From an uncultured virus (IMG/VR IMGVR_UViG_3300026457_000001) (Duplodnaviria; Heunggongvirae; Uroviricota; Caudoviricetes), in the IMG/VR virus record IMGVR_UViG_3300026457_000001: a DNA stretch of 20,000 nt. One strand, given 5' to 3'. The notes under the pieces are model-generated. The model ran no database searches. It saw only the letters and a list, made by a program, of their open reading frames with translations, and was not told the DNA's origin. The position numbers and the translations under genes are program-made. Shown piece by piece: positions 1 to 9,366 of this stretch (position 1 is the stretch's first letter; each line of letters opens with the position of its first letter).

Positions 1-668
1 GCAATGGTATCGCCACTTAGGGTTAAGCCGTTTCCACTAACAATTACGGCGCCCTTAGTGGAAGTTGTTGCAGTAGGAAGATCCGTTGAAGCAATCGTGC
101 GGTAACTTACTGCGCCAGCGCCTCCAGTTGGACCGGCTAAAAATTGAGCTGCAGCACCGGTGTTATCAAGTGTTGTGCTTATGGTGACTTCATCCCCAGA
201 TGTACTAACACTGATATTGACTACTCCACTGCTGCTACCAAGAACGCTGTTAATCGATCCAGCTGCTTTAAGGCTGATCCAACTTGTACCATCCCAGCAA
301 TAAATTTTGCTGTCATCGGTATCCAAGGCAATTTGACCGACAAAAGCGCCACTAGCGGGAAGAGTGGTAACGAGATCAACGCTGGATTCGTCGGCCAGCT
401 TTGCGGCTGTTACTGCGTCATTCGCTAACTGAGTTTCTGTAACGCTGCTGTTCTGAAGGGCCGCACCAGCAACAGTATTGTTATTGAAGAGAATTTTGGC
501 GCCGGGAATTGTGGCGTCAGCAATCAGTGTGGTGGCATTGCCCACCAGATCGGTAACAGTGATTCGCTTGGTTTCACTAGCGCTTACGTCTGCGATCGGC
601 AGAAGATCACCTGCGGCAAGGTCATTACCAGCAAGTGCCGCTAGTTCGCTGATACGAAGGTCGGCCAT
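1..668 (-). CDS. Tail fibre protein, 5' part (runs off the left window edge)
   Basis: Absent from the ORF track. ATG at 668 reads MADLRISELAALAGNDLAAGDLLPIADVSASETKRITV...VTETQLANDAVTAAKLAD...GQIALDTDDSKIYCWDGTSW..., open to the edge. It is Ala/Thr/Gly-rich, has fibre-type 'VTAAKLA' repeats and lies after the tail-tip genes. Confidence 0.8.
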   Translation of the reverse strand, partial: MADLRISELAALAGNDLAAGDLLPIADVSASETKRITVTDLVGNATTLIADATIPGAKILFNNNTVAGAALQNSSVTETQLANDAVTAAKLADESSVDLVTTLPASGAFVGQIALDTDDSKIYCWDGTSWISLKAAGSINSVLGSSSGVVNISVSTSGDEVTISTTLDNTGAAAQFLAGPTGGAGAVSYRTIASTDLPTATTSTKGAVIVSGNGLTLSGDTI

Positions 669-713
669 GCCTCAGTGCCTGTGTGACGATTACAGTTACA
701 CCGAGTCTAAGTC

Positions 714-1610
714 TTACTCCCGTTCTTCCAACAGCATAAAGGAATCTGGATCCTGCTCCAGCTCGATCTTGCCTGTGTCTTCCTGCAACAGATAGCGGTT
801 GGGCAATGTCTGAGCCTTAAGTCGAATCGGTCCAGTGGCAACAAAATCAATTGTGCCGACCACAAGTGCATCAGTGGTAAAGCTGACCGCACTAGCAGTC
901 ACAAGAGCATCAAATTCCCACCATAGGGCGTCATTGATCTGAGTTGCCGCAAACGACCCAGCATGTGCAGTCGTATTGGGGTATTTAATATAAAATTTAC
1001 CGTGAAATGCGGATCCAATTTCAGTCCTAAGCACTAACTGCATTAAATAATTGACAGGCTCTACTTCGCCATTATTAACGTAATCCCATTGGGCGGTCAG
1101 TCGTCCACTTCCAGTGATCAAACTGCTGTATTGCTGGCGATGCTCGTCACTAAGAGTTGTAATATCAACAACTTCACGATTAGTGTTCAGTTCGTACTCT
1201 GTTACCGATGCCAATAGTCGCGAATCACGATCACGAATTACGGCGCGAATTGGAATGTCGCGTGCGATAGCAGTAAGTGGGATCAAGCCAGTTGAACCGC
1301 CTTCTAGGCTCGCATCAAAACTGCTGTACAACTTAATTCCGCCCAAATCATCAACGTAGGCGTACCAGTTCCCGCTTGTTTGAACTGTATTATTGGCCCA
1401 TCCGCTTGCTGCAACAAAATCTAAATTTGTGCCGTCAGTTGTCGAAAGCTCCAGTAGATCGCCACTGATTAAAAAACCAGAATCAAAATCGAAGCTAAAA
1501 CGATCCCTATTCGCATTTACATCGGATGGATTAACGATAGAAGTTTTATTGCCTTCCAATGATTTGCGCGTCAGCTCAATATTGCCGACATTGCCTAAAT
1601 AAAGTCCCAT
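714..1610 (-). CDS. Minor tail protein with tail-tube-like fold plus inserted domain (298 aa)
   Basis: Motifs LYLGNVGNI, VTEYELNTNREVVDITTL...GSGRLT and GTIDFVATG align by eye with the major tail tube protein at 9982..10740. The C-terminus is YLLQEDTGKIELEQ. Confidence 0.65.
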   Translation of the reverse strand: MGLYLGNVGNIELTRKSLEGNKTSIVNPSDVNANRDRFSFDFDSGFLISGDLLELSTTDGTNLDFVAASGWANNTVQTSGNWYAYVDDLGGIKLYSSFDASLEGGSTGLIPLTAIARDIPIRAVIRDRDSRLLASVTEYELNTNREVVDITTLSDEHRQQYSSLITGSGRLTAQWDYVNNGEVEPVNYLMQLVLRTEIGSAFHGKFYIKYPNTTAHAGSFAATQINDALWWEFDALVTASAVSFTTDALVVGTIDFVATGPIRLKAQTLPNRYLLQEDTGKIELEQDPDSFMLLEERE

Positions 1611-2035
1611 TAGATTGTCACCGCAGTGAGGGCCCCTGTGCCTTGGAAAGAAATCTCTGCACGAGTAACTTCCCCAACACTGGCACCAAAACTTACGCTT
1701 GTAATGTATGCAGTTAGTTCAACATCATTGACAATTGTTCCGTCTCTAAGGCGAAGACGTAACGTAACAGTGTCTGTACTGGCTACACCATCAACACGTA
1801 GAATTTTTTTCAATGCCGTAGCGGCATCGTTACGATCTTCGTCGTCTTTGTAATACAGAAGTGTGGCACTGCCGTTAAATTCCTGAACGCCAGGTACATA
1901 ACTACGCTGTGCTTGTCCCAGTGTGGTTGTCTCAAGAACTTCGAGGGAGCCAGTCAAAGTCCAGTTGCTGACCTTGAGCTGGGAAACGCCGTCGATTAGC
2001 AGGCGTCCATCGCGACCGGTATAGACCTTAGCCAT
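1610..2035 (-). CDS. Tail-tube-like protein (141 aa), minimal tube fold
   Basis: VYTGRDGRL...VSNWTLTGSLEVLETTTLGQAQRSYVPGVQEFNGSATL...AEISFQGTG is a tail tube pattern. It has 1-nt stop/start overlaps with both neighbours. Confidence 0.7.
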   Translation of the reverse strand: MAKVYTGRDGRLLIDGVSQLKVSNWTLTGSLEVLETTTLGQAQRSYVPGVQEFNGSATLLYYKDDEDRNDAATALKKILRVDGVASTDTVTLRLRLRDGTIVNDVELTAYITSVSFGASVGEVTRAEISFQGTGALTAVTI

Positions 2036-2409
2036 TAGATGACTCCCACCAGTTCAACTCTAACGCTGGAAATCCCAGGGCGAATATTGGTCACCTGCGG
2101 TGGCGACGAATAACGCCAAGCAGCATTGGTGCCGCTACCTGCATTTAACGCAGCACCCCTCCAGCCAGTAAGCGCCTCTGTTGGCAAGGTAAAAGTCAAA
2201 AAGGTGCCTTGTGTTTCATTGTAATGAACAAGGAAAGCGTCGGCATTGGCATCCGTAATGTTGTCGTAACTCAGCGCCAAAGTTGGGTTTGTTCGCTGGT
2301 TGCCGTACCGGATGCGTACTTCTGCTCCAGATTGCGCAGGAAAAACCTTGACCGGCCAATCACCTGGAGCGTAATCGCGGGTTGAAGGAGCAAGCGTTGG
2401 ATAGGGCAT
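2035..2409 (-). CDS. Distal tail (Dit / lambda gpM-like) minor tail protein
   Basis: 124 aa with the pattern 'SGAEVRIRYG..R...LALSYDNIT...AFL.HY...QG...FT', typical of Dit/gpM-like proteins. Translationally coupled to the hub gene. Confidence 0.6.
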   Translation of the reverse strand: MPYPTLAPSTRDYAPGDWPVKVFPAQSGAEVRIRYGNQRTNPTLALSYDNITDANADAFLVHYNETQGTFLTFTLPTEALTGWRGAALNAGSGTNAAWRYSSPPQVTNIRPGISSVRVELVGVI

Positions 2410-5400
2410 TAGTCAAGGTATTCAAACAATGACGAATCCATTACGTCCACAGCCACTTTACTGCGACCATCAGCGTCTGTCGGTACAGCCACAGCGGCGA
2501 CTTCAACCAAACCATCTTCGTCAAGCGTCAACTGCTCCACCTGATAAACGCCTTTTCTGTAATTTGTGTTTTGGATGCTGATCAAAGTTGTTCCTGTATC
2601 CAAAGCAGGCGTTACAACTCCGTTTGAAATTGTGATGGTTTGGGTAGTTACTTCTGTGCTTCCAGGAGCATAGACATATGCCTGATACGTTCCATTTGGA
2701 ATCAGACTCACGCTAGTTATTGTTCCATTTGGTGAAACGAGCGCATTGTTACCAGCACTGTATGTAGTGTCTTCCGTTAATACGCGAATGTATGATCCTG
2801 GACCAATCGAAAGCCCATCCGGAACAGTTTTGAAGTTGATAGTGTGATCAACGTGTTTTCTGACAGCAAGTAAAAACCGTGCGGTAAGCAATGCCTGTGT
2901 TTTGCTGCAACAAAATGCCGTAAGATCATAATTTTCCGTTATCGTTGTTCCATATTTATTGGTGTTGTAACTTACGATTGAAGATAGTTCTGAGGGCAGT
3001 TCGTAAGGAATTGCATCGCGATACCGAACAGAAATGCTCAAAGGTTCACGTTGTGCCGCCTCTAAATATGAGAGGCTGAAACTGCCTTCAATGATGTTGC
3101 CTGCGCTAAAGATTTGCTCTACAACAACAGCATTCGTATTAATCGTGCCATCTGTATTTGTTGGCAGCGCTGGCATCATGCCAAATTTGCCGTTTTTAAT
3201 AATAAAATTGCACAGTAGCAATGGCGCTTGGCTCGCCATGAACTCACGGAAGTTCTGCGGTGTCTCTAGCACAGTATTGTATTGAATTTTATTTGCACGT
3301 AAAAATGTGCCTGTTGTCCGAAGGGATTCAACATCAATAAGCGAAGAATTGACCAGGCCGCCAACACCTTGTTTTTTATTGGTGAGGAGATAGTAAACAA
3401 GATCCGTAAACTGATTGCTTGGGCCAACGGCATCATCGTCATTCAAACGAACAACATCAATGCCTGTTTCTATCCATGCCCGCAGTTGATCAACAGTTTT
3501 AAGGCTGGTACTGGATTTGATGCTTAAACCGATCATGCTCATATCTTCGTACTGGGCCACTGTGTCATCGGCGATCGCCTCGTTCACATAAACGATTTGA
3601 TGTTCAGGGCCTTGCTCGCAAGATTTTTCAAGTTCAACGTAATGGCTGCAATCACTGACTTGACTATTCTCTTCAAAAATGCGGCCCTCTTCGTCAACGC
3701 TTACCGAAGTGACGGTTGTCCCAGCTGTTACTGAGTCAATCTTCAGTTTTACGGCAACTTCCTTGTATCCATAATGTTGGCTGTATTTTGTTCGTGTTAA
3801 AACTTGCGTATTCCACGCTGCATCATTAGCGGCCCATGAACCGGTAGACGACACAATAGTGAACGAATAACTCCCAACCCAACTCCACTTATTGCCAAAA
3901 AGCTCAATGTGCTTTGGCCCAGAAGAAGCTTCGGTTGATGTAGCTGTCAACTTAACGGTAATTGTCCTGCCAGTCCCACCATTGAAAGTAAGGTTTACGC
4001 TCTTTGTTTCGCCAGCTTGTGTGGCCGCGTCTCCTAGCGCCTGATCCATGTAGGCAACAAGAACAAAATTTGCATTGAGATTATCTGCAACAAAAGCTTC
4101 AACGGATATAGATTTAGGCTTGGATTCAGTTGTCGTTGTTTCAGAAATTGTTTTATTGGGATCAGCTACAAGCTCGGGATTGATGGCAATGGCAGATTGG
4201 GCTACCTTGTCCCCAACAATTGTCATCCTGAATTTTCCGTATGTTGTTTCAAAGTCCTCTCCAATGGTTGTGCCAACCTGTTTATTTAGCCGCCAAAAAA
4301 TAGTGTCTTTTCCTTGAAAAATGGCAATATCGCTGCCGCTGTGGGGAATAAATCGAAACTCGTAGCGGCCGCGATTGCGTGGTCTGATACGAACATAGTT
4401 ATACATGTCAACAGGAGAATTACCTGTTACGCAAAAAATAATCGGAATTCTTGACCACGCCTGCAAAGGCTGATCGGTTTCTTTCCACTCTGGAATTGGA
4501 CGCACCCATATTGAAAAACATGAAGTGCGCTCGAAATATTTATCCATTCTTGGCGTATTAAGCTGTATCTCTTTATCGTCTTTTCTTTTTAGTGTTTCTG
4601 GGCTAGGAATAGCATTGAAATTGCACAATCCGCTAGCGCGATTCCATACCTGTGATTTAATCCCTACTTCAATGGTGTCCGCAATGCGCACCATGCGCAC
4701 AGTGGCAACATCATATTGAACAAGGTTATAGAAAGCTGCCCCACAATGTTTTGTGGGATTTTTTGCGGTGCCCTCATCTCCTCCTAGAGGCTCGGTTGAT
4801 GCACGCATACCAGCAATGCCAATTTTGGCCGTGCCAGTAGTGCTTACACACTTAAGAGTTACATTGACGTTGTAACCACGTTCCCAGATTTTCTTTGGTG
4901 ATGAGGCATCCCTAGAAATGACAACCCATTGACTTGCGCCGATCATCCAACGACTGCCAACGGTTAGCAAATTGTCTGCTCTAACGCGCCATGTATCTGC
5001 GGCACTGGTTAAATCTTTTAGATTGTGGCCATACTGTTTCAACGATTTTCCGATATTCTTGTCGTTACTTACATAATCGCTAGCCGCAAAATCATTCCAG
5101 TCAAGACTATTGATACGAAATACAATTGTGTCATTTGCTTTTACATTGATTTCTGTCCGATCTTGATACTCGGTCATTTCCCCTCCAACGGGGGTATGAC
5201 GAATTAAGCCCATGCGACGGCCGTAGGCGCGTCCAGTGCCGGGTTGTCCACCCAGGGGTTGATCGCCATCATCGCCTGAAATTTTTCTTCGTAACGAACG
5301 CGCTTCACGCATTCCTTCGTCATCAGAACGAAGTGACTTAGGCAGACTTACGACTTCCCAGTTAAATCGAAATGCGCTGCCGTTATGAATTGGGTTGTAT

Positions 5401-6293
5401 TGCCCAAATGTCGATTTGGCATTCGGGTTATACGCCATACAAAAACCAGCATCCAAAAAAGCATTGGCAACTGGCGCAACAAATGGGTCTGTAATACCAT
5501 CAAGCTCTAACGGATCGCCTGAATCAACGTCAATATTTGTACCAGCAATTCGATCGCTTGTTGTAATTCTATTTGACCCAGCTCTTGACTTCCAATAAAC
5601 ACAGTATTCTCGTGTTCCAAGGGCACTGATTGGCGTAGTGCCAAGCCAAAGGCCTTTTAGCGTTGGGGCAGCAATTCCATATTCTCCCGTGCAATAAAGA
5701 CCCTTGAAGCGTTGTTGTGTGCCCTCAGAAAAACACCTACTCCAAACAAGTGCAGGAGCAAGTACAAGACCGCCAGTTAATGTGCCATCACTATCCGTCC
5801 CCATTTTTCCAAACGGGATGGGGATAATATCGCCATACTCTGCCAAAGCAGAAACGCTATCAAAGGCAGATGTCTGATTAAATCGTGACGGTCCAACTTG
5901 ATTTGGCAGGCGAGCACTGCGAACACGTTTGCGCTCTTCAAAAGCTCCAATATCAGGTTTTGGCGCTAATAAGGCTGAGACTGCTGTTAAGGCTACACCA
6001 ACAGCCAAATTGATAAAAATTGCGGCAACAGGTGTAATAGGACCCGCAACAATATCTGGGATATGCTCGTAGTCCGAGGGCCTAATACACGCGTTTTCTT
6101 TTACAAAACGAACAAACTTTTTGTATTCTTCCTCTGTGCAGCCAAGCGTATAAATTAAATCGATTTCATACGGAAGCAATGGTGGATCGTAAAGGCGTCC
6201 ACCGGCTTCCAGTCCACGCGCTTGGTTTGCTGATTGACGAATAGAATCCCGGTTTCCCATGTTACGCCAAACGCAGGCCGCTGATCGTGCCAA
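2409..6293 (-). CDS. Tail tip / baseplate hub, gpJ-like host-specificity protein (true start uncertain, possibly TTG at 6179)
   Basis: 1294-aa ORF with a hydrophobic segment followed by 'LLAPKP', 'YGDIIPIPFG', 'PSNQFTDLVYYLL' and 'FSAGNIIEGSF', as in phage tail hub proteins. It follows the NlpC/P60-like gene. Confidence 0.8.
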   Translation of the reverse strand: MARSAACVWRNMGNRDSIRQSANQARGLEAGGRLYDPPLLPYEIDLIYTLGCTEEEYKKFVRFVKENACIRPSDYEHIPDIVAGPITPVAAIFINLAVGVALTAVSALLAPKPDIGAFEERKRVRSARLPNQVGPSRFNQTSAFDSVSALAEYGDIIPIPFGKMGTDSDGTLTGGLVLAPALVWSRCFSEGTQQRFKGLYCTGEYGIAAPTLKGLWLGTTPISALGTREYCVYWKSRAGSNRITTSDRIAGTNIDVDSGDPLELDGITDPFVAPVANAFLDAGFCMAYNPNAKSTFGQYNPIHNGSAFRFNWEVVSLPKSLRSDDEGMREARSLRRKISGDDGDQPLGGQPGTGRAYGRRMGLIRHTPVGGEMTEYQDRTEINVKANDTIVFRINSLDWNDFAASDYVSNDKNIGKSLKQYGHNLKDLTSAADTWRVRADNLLTVGSRWMIGASQWVVISRDASSPKKIWERGYNVNVTLKCVSTTGTAKIGIAGMRASTEPLGGDEGTAKNPTKHCGAAFYNLVQYDVATVRMVRIADTIEVGIKSQVWNRASGLCNFNAIPSPETLKRKDDKEIQLNTPRMDKYFERTSCFSIWVRPIPEWKETDQPLQAWSRIPIIFCVTGNSPVDMYNYVRIRPRNRGRYEFRFIPHSGSDIAIFQGKDTIFWRLNKQVGTTIGEDFETTYGKFRMTIVGDKVAQSAIAINPELVADPNKTISETTTTESKPKSISVEAFVADNLNANFVLVAYMDQALGDAATQAGETKSVNLTFNGGTGRTITVKLTATSTEASSGPKHIELFGNKWSWVGSYSFTIVSSTGSWAANDAAWNTQVLTRTKYSQHYGYKEVAVKLKIDSVTAGTTVTSVSVDEEGRIFEENSQVSDCSHYVELEKSCEQGPEHQIVYVNEAIADDTVAQYEDMSMIGLSIKSSTSLKTVDQLRAWIETGIDVVRLNDDDAVGPSNQFTDLVYYLLTNKKQGVGGLVNSSLIDVESLRTTGTFLRANKIQYNTVLETPQNFREFMASQAPLLLCNFIIKNGKFGMMPALPTNTDGTINTNAVVVEQIFSAGNIIEGSFSLSYLEAAQREPLSISVRYRDAIPYELPSELSSIVSYNTNKYGTTITENYDLTAFCCSKTQALLTARFLLAVRKHVDHTINFKTVPDGLSIGPGSYIRVLTEDTTYSAGNNALVSPNGTITSVSLIPNGTYQAYVYAPGSTEVTTQTITISNGVVTPALDTGTTLISIQNTNYRKGVYQVEQLTLDEDGLVEVAAVAVPTDADGRSKVAVDVMDSSLFEYLD

Positions 6294-6517
6294 GCGGCAA
6301 TGTCGCCATTGTAGACGGGGTGCGCAACCTGATCTGTGTAACGCTGAAGTTCTTCCAAAATAGCGCTTTTTGACATTCGATACCAGCGACGATCACAGTC
6401 GGGCGCATCAAACCCCATGTTGCGCAACGCTTGTAGTACAAGATGGATGCAGTCAATCTCGCCATTGCTGCCATCTGCGCCAAGGCGATATTTCAGACCT
6501 ATTAGGTTTTCACACAC
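6155..6517 (-). CDS. NlpC/P60-like tail assembly protein (gpK C-terminal domain-like)
   Basis: LIGLKYRLG...IDCIHLV motif and a later GD motif. The probable start is GTG at 6517, overlapping the upstream stop; the ORF track extends it to 6547. Confidence 0.7.
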   Translation of the reverse strand: MCENLIGLKYRLGADGSNGEIDCIHLVLQALRNMGFDAPDCDRRWYRMSKSAILEELQRYTDQVAHPVYNGDIAAWHDQRPAFGVTWETGILFVNQQTKRVDWKPVDAFTIHHCFRMKSI

Positions 6518-6971
6518 GAACCTGGCCCGTGATAGGAAGATTACCAACCAAATTACGCAACAACCTGCGGTTTGGGATCGAAGCCTTAACAGAATCCATA
6601 ACAGTGTTGAGTCTTAACTCAATCCGCTCTGGCGACCACCCACCATTGGCAACAGTGCCGACATATTCGTATAGAACTCGGGAAACGGTTCTTGTTTCTG
6701 GATTCACAAGACAAACACTGATTTCGCCTAACCAACGTTCAGCGATAGCTTGTTCCGCCCATGCTCGCGCCAAATTTGATTGGGTAAGGATGATTGAGGC
6801 ATCCAAGTTATCTCCTGTGAGGCTGGCAGTTGCCCCGGAAAAACCAAACGGTATAAATGCGAAAGTCTGTTCAAGATATGTAACATCTGTGCTAACAGCA
6901 AAATTTTGAAAACGGTAAATAGTGCCGTTTTGGGCGGTTGCTTCTAGTAAATGCCCCAGGTTGAATTCCAT
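6510..6971 (-). CDS. Minor tail protein, gpL-like N-terminal domain
   Basis: 153 aa containing 'YRFQNF...VTY....FAFIPFGFSG' and 'IPNRRL'. It lies between the tape measure and NlpC/P60-like genes. Confidence 0.6.
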   Translation of the reverse strand: MEFNLGHLLEATAQNGTIYRFQNFAVSTDVTYLEQTFAFIPFGFSGATASLTGDNLDASIILTQSNLARAWAEQAIAERWLGEISVCLVNPETRTVSRVLYEYVGTVANGGWSPERIELRLNTVMDSVKASIPNRRLLRNLVGNLPITGQVRV

Positions 6972-9340
6972 TAGATTCCAATCCTGCTACGAGTATTTGG
7001 TGATTGTTGCAGACGAAGTAGTGTACGGCGTTCACCTTCGAGAGCGCCCTTAGTTGCAGCCTGCTGCATTCCGCGCTGGAATTGGTCTGCAGTGACGTAA
7101 TCCACGCTGTTGATGCGTTCGATGCTGTAGCGCACGTCGATTGGCTCCATTGTGGCGGCACCAGCGCCGGTTTCGCCAGCCTGTGTCCCGCCTTTGCCTG
7201 GGATGACAGCAGCACCACGAGCACCAGCCGCATAACGACCCATTGCGGTACGCATCTTGCTGGCGGGAATAACGTATTCGGGCTCACCACCTTCGCCAAT
7301 AAGTGCACGAGTTGGTCCTGTGACAAAACCGCCTTCCGCAAAAAAGCTAGGCGCACCGGCACCAAACATTGATGCTCCGCCACCAACGCCAGCGGCAGGC
7401 ATCGTTACGGGCCCTTGCCCACTAAACATCCCAGCGCCACCGCCGCCACCACCAAACAAGCCCAGCAATTGCTTAAAGGCAAACATGACAACCATCTGAG
7501 CAATGATCTCCGTTGCCATTTGAACGAAAGCATCGCCAATACCTTTGAAGAAATCAGCCAATACTTGTTTTGTTGACTGAGCACCGGTGATGATTGATTG
7601 AAACGCGCTGCTGAATGCGCTGCCAATACCTTGGGCACCAGTTATCGCCATATTGACGGGATCAATCAACTCTTCAAAACGCTTTTTCAGTTCTTCTGTT
7701 TTCTTGGTGGCATCATCTACCGGACCAAGATTGATATCAGTTCTAAATGCACCGGCACCACCGCGCAACGGCTCCCCAAAGGTCAAACCAGCACGCTTAC
7801 CAAATTCTTCAATTTGCTTTTTCAGCTCTTCGGTTTGAAGCTTGAGCGTGTCAAGTCGTTTAATTTCTTTGTTCAGAGTGGTCAGATTGACCCGTTGCTC
7901 CGCATTTTTTAGTTCGCCAATTTGCTTGGCACGATCTTCAAAGTCAAATTGAATTTGTAGTCTTTTTCGCTCAATCTCTGAACTTGTATCGAGCAAAATC
8001 ACTTGGCGCTTGAATTCAGTGCCCAAGCGATCGCCTAACTCAAGAGATTGCTCAATTTCTTTTTTCAGTCTTTCCGCTGCTCGTTCTGCATCAGTTTTTC
8101 CTTTTGCCTTTTTTCCGTCTGTGGCGCCAGAGGAAATGAAAGTGGCCGGTAGATCTGGTGTTGATACTTCGGCAGGTGTCTCCATGCGCTGAAGACGATT
8201 TTGCATTAACTGCAACAAAACATCAGTGACAGGCTGGCGCCGTTGCCTGGCAAGAAAAGCTGCTTCAGCCTTGAGCCCAGTCAGCCCCGTACCAAACGCT
8301 CCACTTGTGCCTTTGAACAACTCACCGGCACCAGACATGCCACCAAGTCCCGCCAAAGGCAAGCGGCCGCCTTTAATTGCTACAGCAGCAGCGGTTGCCC
8401 CGGGCCTTGTTGCCGCATTAATAACATCTGTAATTGTTCCAATTGTCTGGGCAGCAATTCCGCCAATTCCCCTAATGATTGGACCTAGCGATATAAGTAG
8501 TTCACGCAATCCCTTCATCGCGTCAACAATTGTCGGTATCAGATCTTGGGTCGCTGCTACCTGAAAATTCTCAAACTCATTCTGTAGATTTTTAACCGCC
8601 TGAGCGGGTCCGTTCATTGCAGCCGCAAGTTCATCAGCACCTTCTGTGCCCGCACGTTTCAATGCACGGATAACAACGTCAGACGTAATTTCGCCTTGTT
8701 CGGCAAGTTTCCTGATTTCGCTAACCGGCTTGCCAAGCTCCTTGGTTAATGCAATAACCAATCCGGGCGCTTGTTCAAGAACAGAATTAAGTTCCTGTCC
8801 TCTTAAAACACCAGAACCAAGAGCTTGTGTTAATTGCAGCAAAGCTCCGGCACTTTCTGCGGTTGTAGCACCGCTTACTTTTGCGGCAGTATTAAAGCCA
8901 ACAAAAGCAGCGTTAATATCTTCAAGGCTGACATTGAGTGGACGCAGCCGCCCGTACAGCTGAGCAAATTGTTGGTTACTTTCGCTGGCGCTTAAGCCAA
9001 ATGTTCTTCCAGATTGCGCCGCTAATTCCTGCGCTCTCGCAACTTCGCCATAACCTTTTGCTAAAAACGTGAGCCGACGTACTGATTCTTCGCGTTGGAT
9101 GCCAGCCTGAACAGCCTGTTGTGCCGTTCTTAAGCCAAGATATGCTGCTGATAATCGACCTAATACGCCGATCAGCTCAGACGCAGAGCTACTCGCGGCT
9201 CGAAAAGGCTTGGCACCTGAAGCGCCGCCAATATCCTCTAATGCTCTTTGCGCTTGTTGAGCTGCTTGCTGAACCTCACGCAGCTTCTGAGTTGCGCCAC
9301 GGCTATCAACATTGATGGCAACGTTGGCGACGACAGACAC
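6971..9340 (-). CDS. Tail tape measure protein (789 aa)
   Basis: Tape-measure N-terminal motif ALLQLTQALGSGVLRGQELNSVLEQAP, Ala/Gly-rich helical sequence, and C-terminal FAEGGFVTGPT...GEGGEPEYVIP motif. It follows the chaperone genes. Confidence 0.95.
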   Translation of the reverse strand: MSVVANVAINVDSRGATQKLREVQQAAQQAQRALEDIGGASGAKPFRAASSSASELIGVLGRLSAAYLGLRTAQQAVQAGIQREESVRRLTFLAKGYGEVARAQELAAQSGRTFGLSASESNQQFAQLYGRLRPLNVSLEDINAAFVGFNTAAKVSGATTAESAGALLQLTQALGSGVLRGQELNSVLEQAPGLVIALTKELGKPVSEIRKLAEQGEITSDVVIRALKRAGTEGADELAAAMNGPAQAVKNLQNEFENFQVAATQDLIPTIVDAMKGLRELLISLGPIIRGIGGIAAQTIGTITDVINAATRPGATAAAVAIKGGRLPLAGLGGMSGAGELFKGTSGAFGTGLTGLKAEAAFLARQRRQPVTDVLLQLMQNRLQRMETPAEVSTPDLPATFISSGATDGKKAKGKTDAERAAERLKKEIEQSLELGDRLGTEFKRQVILLDTSSEIERKRLQIQFDFEDRAKQIGELKNAEQRVNLTTLNKEIKRLDTLKLQTEELKKQIEEFGKRAGLTFGEPLRGGAGAFRTDINLGPVDDATKKTEELKKRFEELIDPVNMAITGAQGIGSAFSSAFQSIITGAQSTKQVLADFFKGIGDAFVQMATEIIAQMVVMFAFKQLLGLFGGGGGGAGMFSGQGPVTMPAAGVGGGASMFGAGAPSFFAEGGFVTGPTRALIGEGGEPEYVIPASKMRTAMGRYAAGARGAAVIPGKGGTQAGETGAGAATMEPIDVRYSIERINSVDYVTADQFQRGMQQAATKGALEGERRTLLRLQQSPNTRSRIGI

Positions 9341-9366
9341 GGCACAACCCTTTTGCTATCAGCAGT

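Noticed and set aside
3571..8034. Two GCGATCGC (HIP1) sites at 3571 and 8027 as evidence of a cyanobacterial host
   Set aside because: Too few to distinguish from chance without a count-based test.
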